A program made the translations under genes and the position numbers. Of a DNA stretch of 64,000 nt, positions 1-10,614 are shown piece after piece (the stretch's first letter is position 1; each line of letters begins with the position of its first letter). The notes beneath the pieces are model-generated. The model was not told the origin of the DNA, did not search any database, and was given only the letters and a program-made list of their open reading frames with translations. The DNA is from Bacillota bacterium (GTDB lineage Bacteria > Bacillota > JAAYKD01), in assembly GCA_963666425.2 (NCBI GenBank), contig OY762825.2, positions 128,001 through 192,000 of the forward strand. Direction: 5' to 3'.

Positions 1-1
1 A

Positions 2-2107
2 GATAATCTGATTATCGTAGAATCTCCGGCAAAAGCCAGAACCATCAGTAAGTTTCTGACCGGCCGCTATCAGGTCAAAGCAACGATGGGTCACTTAAGA
101 GATTTACCCAAAAGTCAGTTCGGCATTGATTTAGAAAATCAATATGAGCCGAAATATATTACGATTCGCGGCAAAGGCGATTTGATCAAAGAATTGAAAG
201 CGGCGGCAAAAAAAGCCAAACGCGTCTATCTGGCAACGGACCCCGATCGCGAAGGAGAAGCGATTTCCTGGCATTTATCCACTTTGCTGGGCATTGATCC
301 CAACAGCAATTGCCGGATTGAGTTTCACGAAATTACAGAAAAAGCGGTGAAAGCCGCGCTGCAGAACCCCAGACCGATCGATCTTGCTTGTGTCAACGCG
401 CAGCAGGCGAGAAGAGTGATGGACCGCATTGTTGGCTATCAATTGAGCCCGCTGCTTTGGCGCAAACTGCGTTACGGCTTAAGCGCCGGGCGGGTACAGT
501 CGGTGGCTGTGGCCATGATTTGTGACCGGGAAGAGGAAATTAAAGCGTTTGTCCCGGAAGAATATTGGACGCTGGCGGCAAAGCTTGTTTTCAATCAGCA
601 GCATTTCGAAGCAAAACTGACAGAATATCAGGGTAAGCAGCCGCAGCTTACAACTGGAGCGGAAACCGAGCAAATTCTGAACCAGCTGGAACCTACCTGC
701 ATTGTGTCCGCTCTGAAAAAAGGGGAAAGAAGCAGACAACCGGCGGCTCCTTTCACGACCAGCACCCTGCAGCAGGAAGCCGCCAAACGGTTTGGCTTCA
801 CCGCGAAAAAGACGATGATGCTGGCTCAGCAACTCTACGAAGGGATCGACCTGAATGATGAAGGTCCGGTCGGTTTGTTCACTTATATTCGTACCGATTC
901 GGTGAGTATTTCGGATTTAGCCTACGATCAATCCCAGCAATACCTGCAGCAAAAATTAGGGCAGGAATATTGTTTAGGACAGAAGCGCATTTTCCCCGCC
1001 CGGCGCGGTGCTCAGGAAGCGCATGAAGCGATTCGTCCCACCGATGTTTGGCGCGAACCGGAGCAATTGCTGCCTTCTTTAAGCAAGGATCAATATAAAC
1101 TTTACAAACTGGTTTGGGAACGTTTTCTAGCCAGCCAGTGCGCAGCGGTGAAATATGATTATGTCACGGCGGATCTGCAGAATCAGTCTGCGGTTTTTCG
1201 GGTCAACGGCTCCATTATTAAGTTTCTGGGCTTTTTGCAGCTGTTGAAATCGGATGAAGACGAGGGTGACGATGATGTCGGTTTTCTGCCTCTCTTTGAA
1301 ATCGGACAGGAAATTACCGTGGAGCAATGGCTGCCGCAGCAGCATTTTACCCAGAGTCCGGTGCGTTATAATGAAGCCTTATTGATCAAAACGATGGAGG
1401 AACTCGGGATCGGACGTCCCAGTACCTACGCGCCAACCATTGAAACCATTCTGAAACGCCGTTATGTAGAAAGAAAAGAAAGACGTTTTTGGCCGACCGA
1501 ACTGGGCATGGCTGTCACACAAATGCTGAAAGAGCATTTTCACACCGTGATTGATTCCGACTTTACCGCAGATATGGAAAGCGAATTGGATCGGGTGGAA
1601 GAAGGAGATCTGCTTTGGCAGGAAGCCATTGATGCTTTTTATCGGCTTTTCTCTGTGCAGGTGACCGCGGCGGAACAGGAAATACCGGTTCAGGAAGTCG
1701 CGGATGAAGTGACCGATGTGATCTGTGAATTGTGCGGCCGTAATATGGTGATCAAGCATGGTCGTTTCGGTTCTTTCTTAGCGTGTCCCGGTTATCCGGA
1801 ATGTAAGAACACTAAAAACCTGACCGAGGATCTGCACATCGCCTGTCCGCAGTGCGGCGAAGGCCAGATCGTGGAAAGAAGAAGCCGGAAAAGCGGACGT
1901 CCTTTCTACGGCTGCAGCCGTTATCCCGAATGCAAGTTTGTGATGTGGGATAAACCGGTCGAACGCGCCTGCCCGCTTTGCGGCAATCTGGGCATGAGTC
2001 AAAAAATCAATCAAAAAAAAGGAATCGTTACCTATCGCTGCATCAAACCGGATTGTGCGGGAGAAGAGGTTGTGGTCTTAGAAGAGGGAGAAAAGGAGGA
2101 GGCCTGA
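2..2107 (+). CDS. topA: DNA topoisomerase I (5' end truncated by window)
   Basis: Frame is open from base 2 (DNLIIVESPAKARTI = TOPRIM start); ATDPDREGE, SAGRVQS, TYIRTDS (catalytic Tyr), GIGRPSTYA; three C4 zinc ribbons at the C-terminus. Confidence 0.98.
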   Translation, partial: DNLIIVESPAKARTISKFLTGRYQVKATMGHLRDLPKSQFGIDLENQYEPKYITIRGKGDLIKELKAAAKKAKRVYLATDPDREGEAISWHLSTLLGIDPNSNCRIEFHEITEKAVKAALQNPRPIDLACVNAQQARRVMDRIVGYQLSPLLWRKLRYGLSAGRVQSVAVAMICDREEEIKAFVPEEYWTLAAKLVFNQQHFEAKLTEYQGKQPQLTTGAETEQILNQLEPTCIVSALKKGERSRQPAAPFTTSTLQQEAAKRFGFTAKKTMMLAQQLYEGIDLNDEGPVGLFTYIRTDSVSISDLAYDQSQQYLQQKLGQEYCLGQKRIFPARRGAQEAHEAIRPTDVWREPEQLLPSLSKDQYKLYKLVWERFLASQCAAVKYDYVTADLQNQSAVFRVNGSIIKFLGFLQLLKSDEDEGDDDVGFLPLFEIGQEITVEQWLPQQHFTQSPVRYNEALLIKTMEELGIGRPSTYAPTIETILKRRYVERKERRFWPTELGMAVTQMLKEHFHTVIDSDFTADMESELDRVEEGDLLWQEAIDAFYRLFSVQVTAAEQEIPVQEVADEVTDVICELCGRNMVIKHGRFGSFLACPGYPECKNTKNLTEDLHIACPQCGEGQIVERRSRKSGRPFYGCSRYPECKFVMWDKPVERACPLCGNLGMSQKINQKKGIVTYRCIKPDCAGEEVVVLEEGEKEEA

Positions 2108-2108
2108 G

Positions 2109-3431
2109 ATGGAAGCTTGTATCCATGTGGTGGGAGGCGGTTTAGCCGGATCGGAAGCGGCCTGGCAGGCTGCTCAGCGCGGTGTGAAGGTAATTTTGCA
2201 TGAAATGCGTCCTGTCAAACCTTCTCCGGCGCATCAATCCTCTTTTTTTGCCGAATTGGTCTGCAGCAACTCCTTAAAATCAGCCAAAACGGACAATGCG
2301 GCAGGACTCTTGAAAGCAGAAATGCGTTTATTGGATTCTTTGATCCTGCGCGCTGCGGATGCCAATCAGGTTCCTGCCGGGCAAGCCCTGGCCGTTGATC
2401 GTGAGGCGTTTGCCGCGGCTGTCACGCAGGCAATCGAGCAGCATCCCAATATCACAATCATTCGCGAAGAAGTAACTTCACTGCCGCTGCAATCTGCCGA
2501 ACCTTGGATAGTAGCCAGCGGACCCTTGACTTCAACAGCCTTGCTGCAGCATCTGCAGCAGCTTTTTGGAGAAGAACAGCTCTATTTTTATGATGCTGCC
2601 GCTCCGATTGTTACAGCGGAATCGTTGGACCAAGAGAAAATTTACCGAGCCTCCCGTTACGATAAAGGCGAAGCCGATTATCTCAATTGTGCTTTCAATG
2701 AAGCAGAATACACTCGCTTTTGGCAGGAACTAGTCCACGCGGAACAACATCCGCTGCATGATTTTGAAAGAGGTCACTTCTTTGACGCCTGTATTCCGGT
2801 AGAAGAATTGGCGCTGCGCGGTAAAGATACGCTCGCTTTCGGGCCGCTGAAGCCGATTGGCTTGCGTGATCCGCGGCAGACAGAACTGCCCTATGCCGTG
2901 CTGCAGCTTCGCCAGGATAATCTGGCAGCCGATCTCTACGGCTTGGTTGGCTTTCAGACCAATTTGCGTTTTGGCGAACAGGAGCGGGTGTTCCGGATGA
3001 TTCCCGGTTTGGAGCAGGCCGAGTTTGTGCGTTACGGTGTGATGCACAAGAATACATTTTTAAATACACCCAAGCTGCTGACCACCGCTCTGCAGGCGAA
3101 AGATCATCCGTATCTATTTTTTGCCGGTCAGATGACCGGAGTGGAAGGCTATATCGAATCGGCCGCCAGCGGTTTGCTTTGTGGAATCAATGCGGTGCGC
3201 TATCTGCGGCAGGAGACCCCTATCGTACCGCCTGAGCAAACCATGCTGGGGGCGTTGATTTATTATGTGACGCACGAAGCGGGTAAGAGCTTTCAGCCGA
3301 TGAATGCTGTCTTCGGCATCATGCCGCCGCCGGAGAAAAAGATCAAAGATAAGCGATTGAGAAATCTATTTTATGCCAAACGCGCCCTGGAAAGTATGAA
3401 TTCCTGGCTGCCAGAGACAATGCCAGATTGA
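2109..3431 (+). CDS. trmFO: Folate/FAD-dependent tRNA m5U54 methyltransferase TrmFO (Gid)
   Basis: GGGLAGSEAA, ELVCSNS, YFYDAAAP, VGFQTNL, GVEGY motifs; canonical position after topA. Confidence 0.97.
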   Translation: MEACIHVVGGGLAGSEAAWQAAQRGVKVILHEMRPVKPSPAHQSSFFAELVCSNSLKSAKTDNAAGLLKAEMRLLDSLILRAADANQVPAGQALAVDREAFAAAVTQAIEQHPNITIIREEVTSLPLQSAEPWIVASGPLTSTALLQHLQQLFGEEQLYFYDAAAPIVTAESLDQEKIYRASRYDKGEADYLNCAFNEAEYTRFWQELVHAEQHPLHDFERGHFFDACIPVEELALRGKDTLAFGPLKPIGLRDPRQTELPYAVLQLRQDNLAADLYGLVGFQTNLRFGEQERVFRMIPGLEQAEFVRYGVMHKNTFLNTPKLLTTALQAKDHPYLFFAGQMTGVEGYIESAASGLLCGINAVRYLRQETPIVPPEQTMLGALIYYVTHEAGKSFQPMNAVFGIMPPPEKKIKDKRLRNLFYAKRALESMNSWLPETMPD

Positions 3432-3461
3432 ATTCTCTTAAAATAAGAGGAAAAAAGCCTC

Positions 3462-3490
3462 TTGCTAAACTGCTGCGCTCTTGGTATAAT
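3462..3490 (+). promoter_or_regulatory. SigA promoter of rpsB-tsf
   Basis: TTGCTA-N17-TATAAT with extended -10 TG. Confidence 0.75.
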
Positions 3491-3499
3491 AGCTGTTAG

Positions 3500-3616
3500 T
3501 GTTAATACACACGCCAGCCGATAAACTGTCTCGCGGTGCTTTGCAGTACTTGCAAAGTGAGATGGCTTAGATGAAGCAGCGGAGGAAAAAACCAAAGGAA
3601 GGGAGGAGGTGACACC
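3500..3616 (+). promoter_or_regulatory. rpsB 5' leader, probable S2 autoregulatory RNA
   Basis: ACACAC...GCGGTGC...GCGGAGG elements in a ~120-nt UTR resemble conserved rpsB leaders; boundaries approximate. Confidence 0.5.
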
Positions 3617-4315
3617 ATGTCTGTCATTTCCATGAAACAATTACTCGAAGCTGGTGTTCATTTTGGTCATCAAACCCGGCGCTGGAACCCAAAAATGGCA
3701 CCCTACATCTTTACAGAAAGAAACGGAATCTACATTATTGATCTGCAAAAAACTGTAAAGAAAATCGAACAAGCCTACGCTTTTATCCGTCAGGTCTCTC
3801 AAGAGGGCGGCACTGTGCTTTTTGTCGGAACAAAAAAGCAAGCACAGGAAGCCATGGAAGAAGAATCCAAGCGCTGTGAAATGTATTTCGTCAACCAACG
3901 TTGGTTGGGCGGAACGCTGACCAATTTCCAAACAATTCAGAAACGAATTCATCGTTTACAGGAATTGCGCGTGATGGAAGAAAACGGTACTTTCGAAGTA
4001 TTACCCAAAAAAGAAGTCATTAATCTGCGCCATGAAATGGAAAAATTGGAAAAATTCTTGGGCGGCATCAGCAGCATGACCAAATTACCGGATGCTCTGT
4101 TTGTAATCGATCCCCGCAAAGAAAAGAATGCAATTTCCGAAGCCAAACGCTTGGGCATCCCGGTCGTAGCCATTGTGGATACGAACTGTGATCCTGATGA
4201 AGTGGATTATGTAATTCCCGGCAACGACGATGCCATTCGCGCCGTCAAGTTGCTGGCTTCCAAGATCGCAGACGCGATCATCGAAGGCCGTCAAGGCGAA
4301 TCGATGGCTGAATAA
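3617..4315 (+). CDS. rpsB: 30S ribosomal protein S2
   Basis: [31 protein letters not shown]; strong GGAGGAGGTG RBS. Confidence 0.99.
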   Translation: MSVISMKQLLEAGVHFGHQTRRWNPKMAPYIFTERNGIYIIDLQKTVKKIEQAYAFIRQVSQEGGTVLFVGTKKQAQEAMEEESKRCEMYFVNQRWLGGTLTNFQTIQKRIHRLQELRVMEENGTFEVLPKKEVINLRHEMEKLEKFLGGISSMTKLPDALFVIDPRKEKNAISEAKRLGIPVVAIVDTNCDPDEVDYVIPGNDDAIRAVKLLASKIADAIIEGRQGESMAE

Positions 4316-4336
4316 CTGAATTATCAATCATTTGGG

Positions 4337-4378
4337 GATCGGCCCGTAGGGAAATTCCCTATGGACCGATCTTTTTTT
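4337..4378 (+). terminator. Intrinsic terminator/attenuator between rpsB and tsf
   Basis: GATCGGcccgTAGGGAAATTCCCTAtggaCCGATC hairpin followed by T7. Confidence 0.65.
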
Positions 4379-4418
4379 ACAAGATGCCATACATGAAAAA
4401 TCGAAGGGGGATTATAAA

Positions 4419-5309
4419 ATGATTACTGCTGCTATTGTAAAAGAATTACGTGATCGTACCAGCGTTGGTATGATGGACTGCAAACGTGCGCTGCAGGAAT
4501 GCGACGGGGATATGGAAAAAGCCATTGAGTATCTGCGTGAGAAAGGTCTTGCCGCTGCCGCCAAAAAAGCCGGCCGTGTGGCGAAGCAAGGTTTGGTTGT
4601 TGGTCTCGTCAAAGGTCAGTTTGCTTCTTTAGTCGAAGTGAACTGCGAAACCGACTTTGTTGCTAAGAACGACGACTTCCTGGCTTGGGTCAAAGATATG
4701 GCCGCTCTGATCATCGATCAAAAAATCAGCACAGTGGAGGAACTTTTGGCTCAGCCGTATGGCGAGGGCACAATTCAATCTTCCTTAACCAATAAGATTG
4801 CTACCATCGGAGAAAATATGGCAGTGCGCCGCTTGGCTTTTTACGCTGTCGACCCCACTTCTCTCTTGGACCTTTATATTCATGGCGCCGGAAAAATCGG
4901 TGTTTTGGTGGAGTTGGGCTTATCCGATGACACCTGTAAAGAAAAAGAAGCGATCAAGGAATTGATTCATGACTTGTCTTTACAGATTGCCGCCAGCCGC
5001 GCCCAGTATATCGCTCCGGAAGACGTATCCGCCGAACTGGTTGCCAAAGAAAAGGAAATCTATCTGGCGCAGGCGATCAACGAAGGCAAACCCGCCAATA
5101 TTGCGGAGCGCATGGTCGAAGGCCGTGTGCGCAAATTCTACGAAGAGATTTGCCTGCTCAACCAGGTGTTTGTTAAGGACAGCGAATTAACAATCGCCAA
5201 GTTAATTGCTAAAGTTGCCAAAGAAACCGGCTGTGCGATTAGCGTGAAATCTTTTACCCGATTTGAAATTGGGGAAGGTGTAACCAATCCAGAAGGCGAA
5301 AAAGAATAG
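4419..5309 (+). CDS. tsf: Elongation factor Ts
   Basis: VKELRDRTSVGMMDCK, EVNCETDFVAKN motifs. Confidence 0.99.
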   Translation: MITAAIVKELRDRTSVGMMDCKRALQECDGDMEKAIEYLREKGLAAAAKKAGRVAKQGLVVGLVKGQFASLVEVNCETDFVAKNDDFLAWVKDMAALIIDQKISTVEELLAQPYGEGTIQSSLTNKIATIGENMAVRRLAFYAVDPTSLLDLYIHGAGKIGVLVELGLSDDTCKEKEAIKELIHDLSLQIAASRAQYIAPEDVSAELVAKEKEIYLAQAINEGKPANIAERMVEGRVRKFYEEICLLNQVFVKDSELTIAKLIAKVAKETGCAISVKSFTRFEIGEGVTNPEGEKE

Positions 5310-5319
5310 AACATTCAAG

Positions 5320-5348
5320 AAGGAACATCTGTCTCGGATGTTCCTTTT
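5320..5348 (+). terminator. Hairpin/terminator after tsf
   Basis: AAGGAACATC-tgtctcg-GATGTTCCTT plus a short T run. Confidence 0.5.
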
Positions 5349-5378
5349 GAGTATACCAAAAGCTGGGAGGCGTTGGCT

Positions 5379-6122
5379 ATGCAACCGAAATATCACCGTG
5401 TCGTGCTTAAACTATCCGGTGAAGCACTGGCGGGAGAAGGAAAACCTGGAGAGAACAAATTCGGTTATGATTCAAAGACATTGAGTACCATTGCTAGTCA
5501 GATCAAAGAAATTACAGAAATGGGTGTCGAATTAGCACTCGTGGTCGGCGGCGGCAATATTTGGCGAGGTGTAAAAGGCAGTCAAACCCTCGGTATCGAC
5601 CGGGCGACTGCCGACTATATGGGCATGCTGGCAACGGTAATGAACTCCATGGCACTGCAAGGCGCTTTGGAATCAATCGGAGTTGTTACCCGAGTACAGA
5701 GTGCGATTGAAATGCGGGAGGTAGCCGAACCCTACATCCGCAGGAGAGCGATCCGCCATCTGGAAAAGGGCAGAGTCGTGATTTTTGCGGCCGGCACAGG
5801 CAATCCCTATTTTACAACGGATACCGTAGCGGCGCTGCGTGCAGCTGAAATCGGCGCCGAAATTGTTTTTAAAGCGACCGGCGAAGTGGACGGCGTCTAT
5901 GACTCCGATCCAATGCTCAATCCAGAAGCGGTAAAATATGATCATATCACCTATCAGGATGTGCTCAATCAAGGTTTGAAGGCGATGGATGCCACCGCCA
6001 TTTCTTTATGTATGGACAATGATATTCCGATTATTGTCTTTCGCTTATCCATTCCCGGGAATATGAAGAAAGCGATCCTGGGTGAATCGATTGGAACTTA
6101 TATAGGAGGGGAGAACAAATGA
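5379..6122 (+). CDS. pyrH: UMP kinase
   Basis: [27 protein letters not shown]; ATG chosen from GGAGG spacing. Confidence 0.98.
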   Translation: MQPKYHRVVLKLSGEALAGEGKPGENKFGYDSKTLSTIASQIKEITEMGVELALVVGGGNIWRGVKGSQTLGIDRATADYMGMLATVMNSMALQGALESIGVVTRVQSAIEMREVAEPYIRRRAIRHLEKGRVVIFAAGTGNPYFTTDTVAALRAAEIGAEIVFKATGEVDGVYDSDPMLNPEAVKYDHITYQDVLNQGLKAMDATAISLCMDNDIPIIVFRLSIPGNMKKAILGESIGTYIGGENK

Positions 6123-6673
6123 AAGACTATTTGAAGAGAATTGATGAACATATGGAAAAAACAATTGCTACCTTAAAAAAAGATCTGATTTCTGTGCGAG
6201 CCGGCCGGGCCAATCCCGGCATCCTGGAAAAAGTAACAGTCGATTATTACGGTGCAGCCACACCGCTGTCTCAGGTCGGTAATATCTCCTGTCCGGATGC
6301 AAGAACCATCGTGATTCAACCCTGGGACAAGAACCTGATCAAAGCCATTGAAAAATCGATTCTTACGGCAGATCTTGGCTTGAATCCGTCCAACGATGGT
6401 ATCGTGATTCGTCTTGTTATTCCCGCTTTAACCGAACAGCGCCGCAAAGAATTATGCAAAACAGTCGATAAAAAGGCGGAAGAAGCCAAAGTGGCTTTGC
6501 GTAATATTCGCCGCGAAGCCAACGATGAAGCGAAAAAATTGGAGAAATCCAAAGAATTTACCGAAGATGATGTAAAACAGGCACAGGAAGAATGCCAAAA
6601 GAAAACCGATAAATATATCAAAGAAGTCGACACCATCATCAGCGCCAAAGAAAAGGATATCATGGCTGTCTAG
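6119..6673 (+). CDS. frr: Ribosome recycling factor
   Basis: RAGRANP, IQPWDK, LRNIRR motifs; synteny. Confidence 0.98.
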   Translation: MKDYLKRIDEHMEKTIATLKKDLISVRAGRANPGILEKVTVDYYGAATPLSQVGNISCPDARTIVIQPWDKNLIKAIEKSILTADLGLNPSNDGIVIRLVIPALTEQRRKELCKTVDKKAEEAKVALRNIRREANDEAKKLEKSKEFTEDDVKQAQEECQKKTDKYIKEVDTIISAKEKDIMAV

Positions 6674-6822
6674 GAGGATCATCTTACGGATTGAGAAGTG
6701 AGGTTGGATATACTAAACTGCCGGAAGGGTGACTGCGTATCTGAAGACTCAAGATCACCTGCCGGCAGTTTAGCCACTTCTGCCTGCATGAGCAAAGGAT
6801 CGAATTGCAGAAGGAGCAAGCG

Positions 6823-7569
6823 ATGAGCGAAGAACAAGCATTCGGTAAAATGGAAACTAAGAAAGAAACGAAACCATTGCGTCATATTGCTTTTATCATG
6901 GATGGCAATGGGCGTTGGGCCAAGCGCCGCGGTATGCCGCGGACCTTCGGCCATCATGCCGGCCTGGAAGCAATGCGCCGGGTAATTCGATCCTGCGGAC
7001 AACTTGGCATAGAGGTCGTCACCTTTTATGCCTTTTCTACGGAGAATTGGTCGCGTTCGCCGGAAGAAGTCAGTTTTCTGATGAATCTGCCGGTCGAATT
7101 TGTTGATCAGGACCTACCGGAAATGATGAGAAACAACACAAAATTGATTATAACGGGTTCAGACGAGCATGTACCAACCAAAACACTGGAAGCAATCGGC
7201 CGAGGTGTAAAGCAAACCGCTGCCAATACCGGGTTAATCATCAACCTGGCCTTTAATTATGGTGGCCGTGATGAAATCGTACGCGGTGTGCGCCGTCTGG
7301 CTCAAAAGATAAAAAATGCTGCGATCACGCCGGAAGAGATCGACGAGAGCACAATTCGTGCTTACTTGGATCATCCGGAACTGCCCGATCCGGATCTGAT
7401 TATTCGTACCAGCGGCGAACAGCGGCTTTCCAATTTTCTGTTATGGGAATCTGCTTACAGTGAGTTCTATTTTGCTCCCGAACTTTGGCCGGAAATCAAT
7501 GGGGATGTTTTGGCGAAAATCATTGCGCAATATCAGCAGAGAGACAGACGATTTGGCAATGCAAAGTAA
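6823..7569 (+). CDS. uppS: Undecaprenyl diphosphate synthase
   Basis: HIAFIMDGNGRWA, AFSTENW, IRTSGEQRLSNFLLW. Confidence 0.97.
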   Translation: MSEEQAFGKMETKKETKPLRHIAFIMDGNGRWAKRRGMPRTFGHHAGLEAMRRVIRSCGQLGIEVVTFYAFSTENWSRSPEEVSFLMNLPVEFVDQDLPEMMRNNTKLIITGSDEHVPTKTLEAIGRGVKQTAANTGLIINLAFNYGGRDEIVRGVRRLAQKIKNAAITPEEIDESTIRAYLDHPELPDPDLIIRTSGEQRLSNFLLWESAYSEFYFAPELWPEINGDVLAKIIAQYQQRDRRFGNAK

Positions 7570-7604
7570 GCAAAACCAGAGCGAGGAACGGAGGGGAGCA
7601 GATT

Positions 7605-8381
7605 TTGTTTCAAAGGACCGTCACAATTTGCGTCTGGGCGCCGATTTTTCTGGCTGTGGTTTATTTGGGATCCTGGCCGCTGCGCTTACTGTTTATCGGA
7701 CTGATCATGTTGGGTGCCAATGAAATTAAAAATATGGTAGAACCGTCGGGGATTCAAGTTGACCTGCCGGCCATCACCTTACTGAGCTGCGCCACTTTTT
7801 TCTCACAGCCTTTTTCGGAGATGAGTTTGGTTTGGCTCTTTTTTGGTTTCCTGATGTTTCTATTTTTTAAGAAAGTTCTGCTCTTTCCCGCTTTTTCGCT
7901 GCCGAGTCTGGCAATGAATTGCTTTGTCGCCATGTATCTGATCATCCCTTTTTGGTTGGCTTGTGATTTGCGGCTGGGCGAGGATGGCTTAGCCTGGATT
8001 CTGGTTGTCGCCAGTTTAACCTGGTCCTATGATACGTTTGCTTATTTGGGTGGATATTGCTTTGGCAAGAATCATCCCTTTCCGGAGATCAGCCCCCAAA
8101 AAAGTGTCGAGGGGATTTTTGCCGGTTTGTTGGGCTGCGTAACTTCGATGATCGTGGCAGCTATTCTTTTGCATCAGTCAATTCCTGGTTTTGCCATCAT
8201 GGGTTTGTTCGGCGGTTTGACAGCGCAGGTGGGAGATCTGGCTGAATCTACTATCAAACGCGAGTACGGGGTCAAGGATTCGGGAAAGGTGCTGCCGGGT
8301 CACGGCGGCGTGCTGGATCGTTTTGATTCCTTCCTGCTGGTTGTTTTTGTTGTCTTGATTTTTAAACGTTTTGTATTATAA
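7605..8381 (+). CDS. cdsA: Phosphatidate cytidylyltransferase
   Basis: Hydrophobic; ISPQKSVEG, GDLAES.IKR, KDSG..LPGHGG.LDRFDS; TTG start after GGAGGGGAG. Confidence 0.95.
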   Translation: MFQRTVTICVWAPIFLAVVYLGSWPLRLLFIGLIMLGANEIKNMVEPSGIQVDLPAITLLSCATFFSQPFSEMSLVWLFFGFLMFLFFKKVLLFPAFSLPSLAMNCFVAMYLIIPFWLACDLRLGEDGLAWILVVASLTWSYDTFAYLGGYCFGKNHPFPEISPQKSVEGIFAGLLGCVTSMIVAAILLHQSIPGFAIMGLFGGLTAQVGDLAESTIKREYGVKDSGKVLPGHGGVLDRFDSFLLVVFVVLIFKRFVL

Positions 8382-8394
8382 AGAGGTGTCGCGC

Positions 8395-9540
8395 ATGCGT
8401 AAAATAACCATTCTGGGTTCTACCGGTTCCATCGGCACGCAAACCCTGTCGGTGATTGCCGCTTATCCCGAACGCTTCTGCGTCGTTGGTTTATCGGCCC
8501 ATCGCAATCTGACTTTACTGCGAACGCAGATCCGTCAGTTTCAGCCGCAGATCGTTACAGTCTCGCAAGTTACAGATGCTCGGCTCTTACGACAGGAATT
8601 TCCCGGTTTGCAGGTCGTTTACGGCGAAGAGGGACTGATCGAATTGGCGCAAGTGCCGGTCGATTGTCTGGTGGCAGCGCTGATCGGTTTTGTTGGTCTA
8701 CAGCCGATCCTGGCTGCACTGAAGATCGGTCAGAGAGTCGCCTTGGCGAATAAAGAACCGATTGTCGCAGCCGGCGCTTTATTGCAAGCCACAGCGGCAG
8801 AGCATCACGGTCTGATTTTTCCGGTTGACAGCGAACATTCCGCAATCTTTCAATGTTTGCACGGCAATCCAAACGAAGTGGAGAAAGTCATCCTGACTGC
8901 ATCGGGCGGGCCCTTTTATCAAAAAAGCAGAATGGAACTGGCTGCTGTCACCCCGACGGAGGCGATTCGGCATCCACGCTGGCATATGGGAAAAAAGCTG
9001 TCGGTCGATTCGGCTACTTTGATGAACAAAGGGTTGGAAGTGATTGAAGCGCGCTGGCTATTCAATCTGAAACCGGAGCAACTCGAAATCGTACTGCATC
9101 CGCAAAGCATCGTGCACGCCATGGTCAGCTATGTGGATGGTTCGTTGTTTTGGCATCTGGGCAATCCCGACATGCGGATGCCGATTGCCTATGCTTTGTC
9201 TTATCCGGACCGGATCTGTTTGCCAATTCCCAGACTTGATTGGCAGACACTCTCGCACCTGGAATTTACCGAACCGGACAGGGAACGTTTCCCCGCTCTG
9301 CAGATCGCCCGCAGCGCACTGCTTGGCGGCGGCATCCTGCCTGCGGTGATGAGCGCTGCCAATGAGGAAGCAGTGGAAGCATTTTTAGAAGAGAAAATTT
9401 CCTTTCTGCAGATCATTCCGCTGGTGGAAACGATTCTGGAGCAAGTCAGCGAGAATTTACCGGCAACCTACGAGCATATTATCGCCTCTGACAATTGGGC
9501 CAGAGTTCAGACCCGGGCTGCCATCTGCAGCATGATCTAA
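8395..9540 (+). CDS. dxr: 1-deoxy-D-xylulose 5-phosphate reductoisomerase
   Basis: LGSTGSIG, ALANKE, PVDSEHSA, TASGGPF, DSATLMNKGLE. Confidence 0.98.
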   Translation: MRKITILGSTGSIGTQTLSVIAAYPERFCVVGLSAHRNLTLLRTQIRQFQPQIVTVSQVTDARLLRQEFPGLQVVYGEEGLIELAQVPVDCLVAALIGFVGLQPILAALKIGQRVALANKEPIVAAGALLQATAAEHHGLIFPVDSEHSAIFQCLHGNPNEVEKVILTASGGPFYQKSRMELAAVTPTEAIRHPRWHMGKKLSVDSATLMNKGLEVIEARWLFNLKPEQLEIVLHPQSIVHAMVSYVDGSLFWHLGNPDMRMPIAYALSYPDRICLPIPRLDWQTLSHLEFTEPDRERFPALQIARSALLGGGILPAVMSAANEEAVEAFLEEKISFLQIIPLVETILEQVSENLPATYEHIIASDNWARVQTRAAICSMI

Positions 9541-9560
9541 GAAAAAAGAATGAGTAGGAG

Positions 9561-10589
9561 ATGATCGGACTGATCGTATCAATAATAGTAGCAATTCTTG
9601 GTTTTGGTTTGTTGGTTGTGATTCATGAATCGGGACATTTTCTCGTAGCACGCTGTTTTGGTATTCAAGCGGATGAATTTGCCATTGGCATGGGGCCCCG
9701 CATCGCTTCCATCAAAAGAGGGAAGACCCGCTATGCACTGCGAGCGATTCCGGTCGGCGCCTTTGTGATGTTTGCTGATCTGGATGACGACGAAGAAGCA
9801 ACAGCGGTCAACAACGATTATTTGAACGCAGCGGCTTATAAAAGATTTTTTATTTCATTGGCCGGACCGCTGTTCAATTTCATCTTTGCCGCCTTGATTT
9901 TTACTTTGATCGCTTTCTTTTCCGGAGTCGCCAGCAATCAGCCGGTGATAGGCGCACTTCTGCCGGGTGGAGCGGCGGAAGCGGCAGGAATGCAGATTGG
10001 AGACCGCCTGCTTGCTATTGACGGGACGGAAATCAAGTTATGGAGTGATATTACTGCCTTGATTTCACCCTCTGCCGAGAAAAATATTTTAGTGGAAATT
10101 GCAAGGGATGGCGAGCGGCTGCAGTTTAGCCTCAAACCAGTTCTCAACAGTGAGGGCAGAGGTGTCATCGGTATTTCCAGCGGCTTGGAACAATATGCTG
10201 CCTGGAAAAGTCTGCAGGCTGGTGTATCAAATACAATGACCTTTATCAGCGAAACCCTGGCTGTCTTTACGCGAATTTTCTCCAAGGATGTTTTGAGCAG
10301 TTTGGTCGGACCGATCGGCATTGTTTCGGTGACCGGTCAGGTAGCACAAACAGGCTTTACCAATTATATTTGGTTCATTGCCTACCTCAGTGTCAATTTG
10401 GGGATTGTCAATCTGCTGCCTTTGCCGGCTTTGGACGGCGGTAAAACGATGATTGTTCTTTTAGAAATGATACGCGGTAAAAAAATCAGTGCGAAACTGG
10501 AAAGCATGCTCAGCATCGTTGGTTTCGTCTTGATTTTTAGTTTGATTATTTTTGTTTCTTTCCGTGATATCATTAATTTGCGCGGTTAA
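9561..10589 (+). CDS. rseP: Site-2 (RIP) zinc metalloprotease with PDZ domain
   Basis: HESGH, AGPLFN, NLLPLPALDGG; synteny. Confidence 0.95.
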   Translation: MIGLIVSIIVAILGFGLLVVIHESGHFLVARCFGIQADEFAIGMGPRIASIKRGKTRYALRAIPVGAFVMFADLDDDEEATAVNNDYLNAAAYKRFFISLAGPLFNFIFAALIFTLIAFFSGVASNQPVIGALLPGGAAEAAGMQIGDRLLAIDGTEIKLWSDITALISPSAEKNILVEIARDGERLQFSLKPVLNSEGRGVIGISSGLEQYAAWKSLQAGVSNTMTFISETLAVFTRIFSKDVLSSLVGPIGIVSVTGQVAQTGFTNYIWFIAYLSVNLGIVNLLPLPALDGGKTMIVLLEMIRGKKISAKLESMLSIVGFVLIFSLIIFVSFRDIINLRG

Positions 10590-10614
10590 AAATAAAGTAA
10601 AGCAGGTGAACGCG

